A stretch of DNA of 32,230 bases from Akkermansiaceae bacterium. Lineage in GTDB: Bacteria; Verrucomicrobiota; Verrucomicrobiia; Verrucomicrobiales; Akkermansiaceae. The DNA lies in the NCBI GenBank assembly GCA_018676385.1, contig JABHEX010000319.1, forward strand, positions 1 to 32,230, written 5' to 3'. Under the pieces are notes generated by a model. The model did not search any database and was not told the origin of the DNA. It saw only the letters and a list, made by a program, of their open reading frames with translations. Both the position numbers and the translations under genes were made by a program. Positions 17,797 to 25,684 of this stretch are shown piece by piece (position 1 is the first letter of the stretch; each line of letters starts with the position of its first letter).

Positions 17797-18435
17797 ATGG
17801 AGATTTTAGCTGACAATTCAGATTTTAAGAATCATTCAAAAGTGGATCGCATAGGAATTTTTGCCTCTATTCTATGTGCCGTCCATTGTGCTTTGACGCC
17901 TGTCTTGTTGATTATGCTGCCTACGTTTGGCAAAGCATGGGCGCACCCTTCGACGCACTGGGGTATGGCTTTAGTTGTAATACCCATTGCTATTTTTATG
18001 ATGCGCAAAGGCTACAAGACGCACTCAAAGAAGTGGATTTTAGTGGTTGGTAGCCTTGGAGTTGCTTTTATAATTGCAGGTGCAATTCTGCCATACATCG
18101 AGCTTGGTGATAGATCCACAAATACTGAGCAAGCTCAGAGCGTGGCATCGACAACAGCTGGGACAGAGGAGAGTAATTTGACAGAGGCTGCAGCCCCAGG
18201 ATGAGGATCAGCCATGAGTATGGAAGCAGGTGCTTCCAGTCCCGCTGTCTGCGTAGATGCGTGTTGCCCATCAATTGTTATTGATGAGCAGGGTGAGAAG
18301 TCTTTGAATATTCCACCTGCTAGTATCGTAACCACTTTGGGTGGTTTATGTCTAATAGCTGTGCATGCAGGGAATTTGTGCAGTTGCTGTTCCACTTGTA
18401 GGCGTAAGAAAAAATTGTGCCCGGTGGATGTCTAA
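17797..18435 (+). CDS. MerC-domain membrane protein with one in-frame TGA at 18202-18204 (candidate selenoprotein, split gene or pseudogene)
   Basis: ORFs 17797-18204 and 18214-18435 share a frame, separated by TGA GGA TCA GCC. The first has DRIGIFASILCAVHC plus 3 TMs; the second has CVDACCP, the 4th TM GGLCLIAVHAGN and a Cys-rich tail. Confidence 0.75.
18205..18250 (+). other. bacterial SECIS-like stem-loop
   Basis: TGGAAGC-AGGT-GCTTCCA (18221-18238), with the loop starting after a 23-nt spacer from the TGA; lower stem GA/CAGC pairs with GCTG/TC. Confidence 0.45.
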
Positions 18436-19001
18436 TGTGCGCCGATGATCAAAAGCTCAGGATATTGTTAAAAGACTGCGCAAACGGCTTTTACCAGCAG
18501 ATGTATTTTCTCGGTAAGGATGTCATCCATGCCAGGGGAAACCAGCTACAAGCTTGTGGGTTTTGTAAGTCCCCGTCTGTGGGGTTGAAGGGAACGAGTT
18601 GTTACACACTCGAATCCAAGTTTGGGGTGATTCAGCTCTATGGTTCATGTGCTGGTTGCTATAATAAGTCATCTCGTATTGTTTTTTTGAGAAAACAATC
18701 TCGCTTCTATCGCTGGCTTCCGGAGCATAGGCTCGTTGCTGGGCAATGGTCGCAAAGATGCATTTGTTTGGATGATCCCGATGTTATGCTCGAATCTGTG
18801 ATGCCATTGCTGACGTGGTGGGTTACTTATGAAAAGTGGATTGAGGAGCGTTTTGGGACAGCATACCGGGAGCAATGTTTTTCGGATTGGAGTAAAATAA
18901 AAGGGAGAGCTGCCTGGCTTGCCCCTGTCTCGGCCATCAACTGGGTGAAGCAATTCGTTGAACAAGGAGTGAATCATGTGCGGCCAAAAAATTTCATCTA
19001 A
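18435..19001 (+). CDS. hypothetical Cys/Trp-rich protein
   Basis: ATG overlaps the upstream stop (TAATG) and the stop abuts the next ATG; 188 aa; no family recognised with certainty. Confidence 0.75.
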   Translation: MCADDQKLRILLKDCANGFYQQMYFLGKDVIHARGNQLQACGFCKSPSVGLKGTSCYTLESKFGVIQLYGSCAGCYNKSSRIVFLRKQSRFYRWLPEHRLVAGQWSQRCICLDDPDVMLESVMPLLTWWVTYEKWIEERFGTAYREQCFSDWSKIKGRAAWLAPVSAINWVKQFVEQGVNHVRPKNFI

Positions 19002-19973
19002 ATGAAACTTCCTTACATTCCGCAGATTGTTGCTGCGCGCCCCGTCATTCTATTAACCGGTTTTCTGGGTGCTGGTAAAACCACTTTTCTGAGACAGCTG
19101 TTATTAGCCACACAGAAGGCTGGAGTTTCTGCAGATGTTATCCTCAATGACTATGCTGATGCTAAATTGGATAGCGCGACTTTAGAAGGTTTGGCCGCCA
19201 GCATTGAACCTCTAACTGCTACATGTGCCTGTTGTGAAGGGCTTGATTATTTATTAAAACTATCGATGAAGTCAGCTGAATCGGAATCTGATGTTCTACT
19301 CGTCGAGTTGAATGGCACGGCCGATCCAGTTCCGATTGTGGAATCATTCACTCTCATGGAAAATAAACTGCAACTGCATCCCCGGTGGCAAGTTTGCATT
19401 ATTGATGCCCGACACTTTGGTCAGCGCGGCGCTTACAGGGATATCGAGGAGCTACAACTCCAGACGGCTAGTCATATTTATTTTTCCCATTTGAGTGGAG
19501 CTAAGCCTCCTGAAGACGTTCTTGGAAAAGTTAGAGAGATGAATCCTTATGCTACAGTTGTGAGTAAGGAAGAGTTCATAAAAATGGTTTTAGCTAAGGT
19601 CAAAGCTAAGAAGCATATCCTAACAGGAGAAAATTCAGAAAATAATTCCAAGATTAGTAAAATATCTGACAAACATCACAAAACTCATGAATTTACAGCA
19701 TGTCAAATTTTGCTGCCACATGCCGCCCCCGAAGGTATTATTAAAAATTGGTTGGAGGATATTCCCTCGGGAGTGATTCGTGTAAAAGCTCTGATGGGGA
19801 TCACGGGAAAACCGGGTGCCCGTTACCTGTTCGAGCGTGTGGCGGATGTAGTGTCGAGAGATCCGCAGGAAGTCTTATTGGGAAAAAACGTGCCTAACTC
19901 GGCGATATTGATTGGTCCGGATCTAGATTTAGTCGCACTCCAGAAGTTAGCAGAAAATCATTTAAATGGCTGA
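19002..19973 (+). CDS. COG0523/CobW-family G3E P-loop GTPase (metallochaperone)
   Basis: LLTGFLGAGKTT, CACC (CxCC), VELNGTADP, short His patch HHKTHEF, CobW_C-like VIRVKA...ILIG. Confidence 0.88.
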   Translation: MKLPYIPQIVAARPVILLTGFLGAGKTTFLRQLLLATQKAGVSADVILNDYADAKLDSATLEGLAASIEPLTATCACCEGLDYLLKLSMKSAESESDVLLVELNGTADPVPIVESFTLMENKLQLHPRWQVCIIDARHFGQRGAYRDIEELQLQTASHIYFSHLSGAKPPEDVLGKVREMNPYATVVSKEEFIKMVLAKVKAKKHILTGENSENNSKISKISDKHHKTHEFTACQILLPHAAPEGIIKNWLEDIPSGVIRVKALMGITGKPGARYLFERVADVVSRDPQEVLLGKNVPNSAILIGPDLDLVALQKLAENHLNG

Positions 19974-19981
19974 TGCTGATG

Positions 19982-20008
19982 ATTGTTTACCTATTATAGG
20001 TAAACAAT
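19982..20008. repeat. perfect 13-1-13 palindrome
   Basis: ATTGTTTACCTAT-T-ATAGGTAAACAAT. Confidence 0.9.
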
Positions 20009-20297
20009 ACTCATTTGCTCCATTACTTGCAGATATGATTTCAGATCAATAGCCTTTTGTCGGAGCTATGAGCAAATCGACAGGGTTCAACATTTAACCG
20101 ATTCGAGAACATCTATAGCATTTTTTTGGAGTACCAGTCCTTGTGTAGTCATTTGAGGGTGAAATAACTTAAAATTTATATGGCATGGATGAAATTTTAT
20201 GGATGGAATAGCGTAACAAAAAAACATTTAACGTTCACTATTGATCGTTTACAAAGTTGGAAACAAATATTTTCAAACCACACAAATCACGAAACAT

Positions 20298-21488
20298 ATG
20301 AAAAAATTGCATTTATTATACACCATCATAAGCGTTGGGTTTTTCTTAACTCCCATTCATGCACGCACATGGACCAGTGCTGATGGTTCTAAAACCTTCG
20401 TAGCCGATCTCAAATCCTACGATGAAAAAACCGGAAAAGTAGTCGTCAAGAAACTCAACGGCGCAACGATGAGATTCCAGCAATCGATCTTGTCAGCTGA
20501 GGATATTGAATATCTGAAGTCCGAGGGCGTTAAGCTGAAGGATCAAGCTGCGGGAACATCCAATACTGCCATCAAAGATGTGCCTGATGTCCTTCCCGAT
20601 CCTGATGGGAAAGAGGCGGACACAAGCAAGCCAGTGCAGGTTTTTGTCATGATGGGCCAATCCAACATGCTTGGTTTTGGAAATGCAGGTGCTCTCAAAG
20701 GAACTGCCGGGGAAAAATACCCCTACCTTGTCGATGATGCAGGTGCCTGGAATGTGCGCAAGGATGTGCGTAACGTATTCTTCTGTATGGGAGGATTAAG
20801 ATACAATGATTGGCTAACCGCTGGCAATGGTAATGGCGGTGGGAAGTTTGGCCCAGAAATCGGTATTGGGAATTACCTGGGTCATGCGATTGACGCCCCA
20901 GTCATGATCTTGAAATCATGTGTGGGCAATCGTGCTTTGGGTTGGGACTTACTGCCACCGAGTGCAGATGGCACTGGAGCCAAAGGTCAATCATATCAAG
21001 GGGACTCGGAATACGGGAATCGACAAGTCAGTGAAAAAGCCAAAGCAGCGAAGGGCTGGTATGCAGGACTTCAGTATGATCAAGACGTGGGTGCTGCCCA
21101 AAATGCGCTCAAGGATTTGGCGAAGTATTACCCCGGTGCTACGAAATTCGAAGTTGCGGGATTCTTCTGGTGGCAGGGAGCCGCTGAAGGGAAGGGAAAT
21201 GTGGGTACATATGATAAGAACCTAGCATTTCTCTTCAATGATCTAAAAAAGGATTTTAATGCCCCAAACGCCAAGTTTGTTTGCGCTACTTTGGGTGAGC
21301 ATGACAAGGGTGCAACTCTGTCTCAAAAGATGTTTGCCTTTGCTAAGAAAGAAAAAGATGCCGAGGTTTTCTATTCGAAACCTGTCTCTAAGGGCGGTGC
21401 CAACGGCCACTACGGTGGTGATCCAGATACCTATATGAAAGTAGGAGAAGGCATGGGCAAGCTGATGATCGAATTGCTTGCCGAGTAG
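20298..21488 (+). CDS. secreted SASA/CE6-type SGNH acetylesterase with N-terminal SHD1-like domain
   Basis: Signal peptide; ARTWTSADG...LSAEDIEYL; GQSNM; FGPEIG; WWQG; GHY. Confidence 0.8.
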   Translation: MKKLHLLYTIISVGFFLTPIHARTWTSADGSKTFVADLKSYDEKTGKVVVKKLNGATMRFQQSILSAEDIEYLKSEGVKLKDQAAGTSNTAIKDVPDVLPDPDGKEADTSKPVQVFVMMGQSNMLGFGNAGALKGTAGEKYPYLVDDAGAWNVRKDVRNVFFCMGGLRYNDWLTAGNGNGGGKFGPEIGIGNYLGHAIDAPVMILKSCVGNRALGWDLLPPSADGTGAKGQSYQGDSEYGNRQVSEKAKAAKGWYAGLQYDQDVGAAQNALKDLAKYYPGATKFEVAGFFWWQGAAEGKGNVGTYDKNLAFLFNDLKKDFNAPNAKFVCATLGEHDKGATLSQKMFAFAKKEKDAEVFYSKPVSKGGANGHYGGDPDTYMKVGEGMGKLMIELLAE

Positions 21489-21519
21489 AGCATGGGGTTA
21501 TCGAAAATAACTTGATAAT

Positions 21520-21549
21520 GCGGTTTGGCACAGAGCTGAGCCGCTTTTT
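21520..21549 (+). terminator. intrinsic terminator
   Basis: GCGGTTTGGC-ACAGA-GCTGAGCCGC-TTTTT. Confidence 0.75.
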
Positions 21550-21608
21550 CTCTTATTTTCTTCCTGCCCGTACACGCTCGCCAACTTCTTGACATCTATA
21601 TGTGTAGG

Positions 21609-21637
21609 CTGACGTGAGAAATTTTGAATATTATAAT
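21609..21637 (+). promoter_or_regulatory. sigma70-like promoter of the DUF1592 operon
   Basis: CTGACG-N17-TATAAT. Confidence 0.5.
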
Positions 21638-21697
21638 TTCCATGTATATGGCAATTAGATCAATTGCTTTGCGCATATTAATCTCAAAATGTCTCAC
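21614..21697. repeat. 84-bp element bounded by 14-bp inverted repeats with an internal palindrome
   Basis: GTGAGAAATTTTGA / TCAAAATGTCTCAC (13 of 14 match); GCAATT-AGATC-AATTGC at 21651-21667. Confidence 0.75.
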
Positions 21698-21757
21698 AAG
21701 AAATTTGTCGGGTTAGCGCTGACTAATGGATGAAAATCAATACGTATATTATTAAAT

Positions 21758-24322
21758 ATGAACTTTAGTGCATGCCTTAATCGTTTTATTTTTACTACAG
21801 CAGCAGTGACGATTGTATCGCTTGCTGAGGTGGGTTTGGCGAAGGGATTTCCCTCGGGCAAAGCCGGATTTGAATCGCACGTAAAGCCATTTTTTCAAAC
21901 CCACTGTGTTGAGTGCCATGGGCCGGATAAAAGCAAAGGCAAGATCACTGTGCATAGCCTTGATGGTGACCTAGCGGCAGGTCAGGAACTTGAACGGTGG
22001 GAGCATATTCTTGATGCCCTTGAGCATGGAGACATGCCGCCAGAGGAAGAGGATCGGCCGAGTGCCGAAGATCGCGCTGCCATGGTGAAGTGGATTGAGT
22101 CGGGGCTACGTGACTACGTCAAAAAGGCGAGTAAGGTCGCAGTTGAAACCACCACACGCCGACTGACGAACATTGAATATCAGAACACGATGCGTGATTT
22201 GTTAGGGTTCGAGTTGGAGCTAATCGACGACCTGCCTGTGGATCCTGACAAGCCATACCATTTCAACAACACTGCATCGTTCATGATGGTCGGGCCAGAT
22301 CAACTAGTCCGCTATAAAGAGGCCGCGAGCAAGGCGATGGCCAGTGCGATCGTTGATCCAGAAAAACCAAAAATTCACCGAACCAGCGCAAAGTGGGAGC
22401 ACGGTAAACCTGGTAAAGGCGGATTGACCAGAGCTGAGATTGGTATCTATCAGGGACCCGGTATGGGGAGTAAAACCGTCGGTCTAAAAAGCTGGCCCAA
22501 AACTGGTGAATTTAAAATCCGTGTCAAAGCATCAGGAAACATACCTGCTGGGTTTAAGGAGGTGCCGCTTAGGCTGGTAATTGGAACCAGTCTCCGGCAT
22601 GATTCAGGATCTGGAACCTATCAAGAAGTGGGTGTCATTCATCTTAAAAACACACCAGATAAGCCTAAGGAGTTTGAATTGCGCGGTCGTATTGAGAACA
22701 TCCCGGTGCAACCATCTGTAACACATCGGAACAAGGTGCTGCCCCCGAGTATCACAATCACCGCTCAGAATATTTTTGATAATGGTGAACTCAACGATCA
22801 TCGTAAGAGTGGCTTCGATGCCTCATGGAGCACAGAGGCTCCTCGCGTGGTTCTCGAGTCGCTCGACTTTGAGGCACCAGTCGCTGAGGTTTGGCCGCCG
22901 GAGCACCACACCCGTATTCTCTTTGAATCGCCACTGCGTAAAACAAACTCGGGGAAGTATGCATACGAGGTCATTAAGCGCTTCATGACCCGAGCGTTTC
23001 GACGTCCTGTCGCCCGGGATGAGGTCGATCACTTTTATCGCGTTTACAAAATCTACGATGCTGAGTTCGATACCCTTGAGCAGGCGATGCGTGAGACTCT
23101 GGCCATGGTATTGATTTCACCGCAGTTTCTTTATCACACGGTGATTGATGCTACTGCTGCTACCAGGCCGTACGAGCTCGCCTCTCGCCTCTCCTATTTC
23201 CTCTGGGGAAGCATGCCTGATAAGGAGCTATTTGAGCTCGCTGCCTCAGGTAAGTTAAGTGATCCCGCCATCATAGCGAGCCAGACGCGCAGACTCCTCG
23301 CCGATGATCGTGCTGAGAGTTTTGTTAAGAATTTCACCACTCAGTGGCTGAGTGTCACCAAGGCTAAAACGGTGAACATCAATCGCGACCTGTTTCCCCG
23401 TTTTCTCTACACCGTACACCTGGGCGAGCGGCGCGGCCAGGAGCAGCTATTCCGCCCAACTATCCGCGACTACATGATCGAGGAAACGATTGGTTTCGTG
23501 GGAGAGCTGATCAAAAATAATGCAAGTGTAATGAATATCGTGGAGTCGGATTTTGCCTACCTCAACGAGCCGCTTGCCGTGCACTATGGCGTTGATGGTG
23601 TCTACGGTTTGAAGCACCGCCCGGTGAGGATTAAGCCCGAGCACCGCTTAGGAGGCTTGTTGACCCATGGCTCGGTTCTTGTTGGTAATTCTACCGGATC
23701 AGCACCTCATACCATCTATCGTGCGGTCTGGCTGCGTGAGGCAATCCTCGGTGATGAAGTTAAGCCGCCCCCTGCCGAGGTGCCGGCACTCGCTGATTCT
23801 GCTGGTGATTCAGCTGAGGAATCGGTCACGATCAAGGACCTGTTAGCACTGCACCGGACCAAGGAGAGCTGTGCCGATTGTCACGTCCGTCTCGACCCAT
23901 GGGGTATTCCATTCGAACGTTATAGTGCGATTGGAAAATTCCAGCCGATGGTGCCAAAAGATGGAACTAGGGTAAGGGGTTTCAGCCTAAAGGCCGATAA
24001 AACGCTTGATGGATATAATAAGTATCTGAAAAAAATCTTCAATATAGAGGTTGATGCGTCCGCGCGTGTGCCTCACGGCCCCATGGTCGATGGTATGCCA
24101 GAGCTGAAGCGGTATTTGATTAAGAATCGTAAAAAGGATATTGTTAAAAACGTGATCCGTCGGCTGATGACTTACGGTATAGGTCGGGAACTCACTTATC
24201 GCGATCGATTTGAAGTTGAAAAATTACTGAAACAGGCGAAGGAAGATGAATACAAACTTCAGGACATGATCGTATCCATCTGTCAGAGCCCCACATTCAC
24301 TGGCGAAAAACCTAAAAAATAA
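21758..24322 (+). CDS. Planctomycete-type cytochrome c protein (DUF1587/1595/1592/1588/1585)
   Basis: CVECH and CADCH haem motifs; RRLTNIEYQNTMRDLLG; RAFRRP; ELASRLSYFLWGSMPD; GGLLTHGS. Confidence 0.9.
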   Translation: MNFSACLNRFIFTTAAVTIVSLAEVGLAKGFPSGKAGFESHVKPFFQTHCVECHGPDKSKGKITVHSLDGDLAAGQELERWEHILDALEHGDMPPEEEDRPSAEDRAAMVKWIESGLRDYVKKASKVAVETTTRRLTNIEYQNTMRDLLGFELELIDDLPVDPDKPYHFNNTASFMMVGPDQLVRYKEAASKAMASAIVDPEKPKIHRTSAKWEHGKPGKGGLTRAEIGIYQGPGMGSKTVGLKSWPKTGEFKIRVKASGNIPAGFKEVPLRLVIGTSLRHDSGSGTYQEVGVIHLKNTPDKPKEFELRGRIENIPVQPSVTHRNKVLPPSITITAQNIFDNGELNDHRKSGFDASWSTEAPRVVLESLDFEAPVAEVWPPEHHTRILFESPLRKTNSGKYAYEVIKRFMTRAFRRPVARDEVDHFYRVYKIYDAEFDTLEQAMRETLAMVLISPQFLYHTVIDATAATRPYELASRLSYFLWGSMPDKELFELAASGKLSDPAIIASQTRRLLADDRAESFVKNFTTQWLSVTKAKTVNINRDLFPRFLYTVHLGERRGQEQLFRPTIRDYMIEETIGFVGELIKNNASVMNIVESDFAYLNEPLAVHYGVDGVYGLKHRPVRIKPEHRLGGLLTHGSVLVGNSTGSAPHTIYRAVWLREAILGDEVKPPPAEVPALADSAGDSAEESVTIKDLLALHRTKESCADCHVRLDPWGIPFERYSAIGKFQPMVPKDGTRVRGFSLKADKTLDGYNKYLKKIFNIEVDASARVPHGPMVDGMPELKRYLIKNRKKDIVKNVIRRLMTYGIGRELTYRDRFEVEKLLKQAKEDEYKLQDMIVSICQSPTFTGEKPKK

Positions 24323-24329
24323 TCATCTC

Positions 24330-25670
24330 ATGAAACAGAAATCCTGGCATATCAATCGACGCGAATTTATTAAAGGCGGCGGCGTTGCCTTAGCGCTTCC
24401 ACTGCTCAATGGCATGTCGTGGGGCAAAGCGGCAGCAGGCAAGGCACTGCCAAAACGTATGGTCGTGAGCTACATCGCCTATGGTGTCTACGAGCCAAAA
24501 AATAAGGATGGTTCGCACCACGACTGGAATTGGTGGCCGTGCAAAGACGCCGGCCCACTTACCTTTAACAAATCAGCAGCTCCTTTCGAGCCCCTAAAAG
24601 ACTCCGTGAGTTACATCCGCGGCCTTGAGCACGCAGGTGGCGTCGGAATGGGTGGCCACAGCAGTGGTGACGTTTTTGCGACCGGTGCTGATATGTCGGT
24701 TACTGAAAAAACCAACAACATCTCCGTTGATCAGCTCGCCGCGAAAGTGAACGGCCACAAGACCCGCTACGCGTCACTCGTGTTAGGCACCGAGGGCGGA
24801 ACTGGCTCGTACGGCAGCGCCAAGACACTTTCCCACTACGGCCCCGGACGCCCCATTCCGTCGATGCACCGACCCCAAGAGATTTTTAACCGACTCTTCA
24901 ACCCCTACGCAGGAAAAGGTATCGAGCAAGTGCGCGCCGACCTCAAACGTGAGGCGAGTGTGCTCGATCTAATGATGGACGACTCGAAACGACTTAAGGG
25001 TCGGCTCGGAAAAGAAGATCAGCAGAAGATGGAAGAGTATCTTGATTCCATAAGGGCTCTTGAAAAACGTGTTGAACGCACCAGCCAGTGGACTCACCAG
25101 CCGCTGCCGAATGTCGATACCAAAGGGCTGAACCTCGAAGTCTCCCACAAGGAACCCGAGGAATACACGCGCTGTATGTATGACCTGCTTTACCTCGCGT
25201 TCCAGACCGACTCCACACGTTTCGCCACCCTGATGTTAGAAAGTGAGCAATCCAGTGGCAGCGAAATGTGGAATTATGCGAACTACGTGCTCGGCTACAA
25301 GGGAGCCACTCATGACATTGCACACAAACGCCCGACCGAATCCGGAAAGTGGGACAACTGGCGTGCCAAGCAGCACGCCTACTTCCTAGAGCGCCTTAAG
25401 AATACGCCAGAAGGCGACAGCAACATGCTCGACCAAACGGTGGTCGTCTGGGGATCCGCTCACCCGCATGCATCACACAGCACGAAGAATTACCCAATCC
25501 AAGTCGCGGGTGGGAATGCGCTTGGCTTTAAGCACGGTAACCTGCACTCTTTTGAAGGTAAGAAAAAAGTGCCGCTGTCTAATCTGTATGTCTCAATGCT
25601 TAATGCCGTCGATGCCCCGACAAAGCAATTCGCAGATAGCACGGGTGAGATGAAAGAAATCAGAGCCTGA
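24330..25670 (+). CDS. DUF1552 Tat-exported protein
   Basis: INRREFIKGGGVALALPLL Tat signal; ISVDQLAA; SVLD; EYLDSIRALE; DLLYLAFQTDSTR; PLSNLYVSML..FADSTG. Confidence 0.9.
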   Translation: MKQKSWHINRREFIKGGGVALALPLLNGMSWGKAAAGKALPKRMVVSYIAYGVYEPKNKDGSHHDWNWWPCKDAGPLTFNKSAAPFEPLKDSVSYIRGLEHAGGVGMGGHSSGDVFATGADMSVTEKTNNISVDQLAAKVNGHKTRYASLVLGTEGGTGSYGSAKTLSHYGPGRPIPSMHRPQEIFNRLFNPYAGKGIEQVRADLKREASVLDLMMDDSKRLKGRLGKEDQQKMEEYLDSIRALEKRVERTSQWTHQPLPNVDTKGLNLEVSHKEPEEYTRCMYDLLYLAFQTDSTRFATLMLESEQSSGSEMWNYANYVLGYKGATHDIAHKRPTESGKWDNWRAKQHAYFLERLKNTPEGDSNMLDQTVVVWGSAHPHASHSTKNYPIQVAGGNALGFKHGNLHSFEGKKKVPLSNLYVSMLNAVDAPTKQFADSTGEMKEIRA

Positions 25671-25684
25671 GCTCTCCAACTAGC

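Noticed and set aside
17797-19973. Mercury-resistance operon
   Set aside because: No merR, merA, merP or merT; the COG0523 context points to zinc-type homeostasis.
19971-20003. TGA-TGC-TGA-TGA at the end of COG0523 as multi-Sec readthrough
   Set aside because: The domain is already complete, the following hairpin has no G-containing loop, and the extension would be trivial.
19966-20052. 28-aa ORF MADADDCLPIIGK... overlapping the COG0523 stop
   Set aside because: Too short, has no recognisable features, and coincides with the palindrome.
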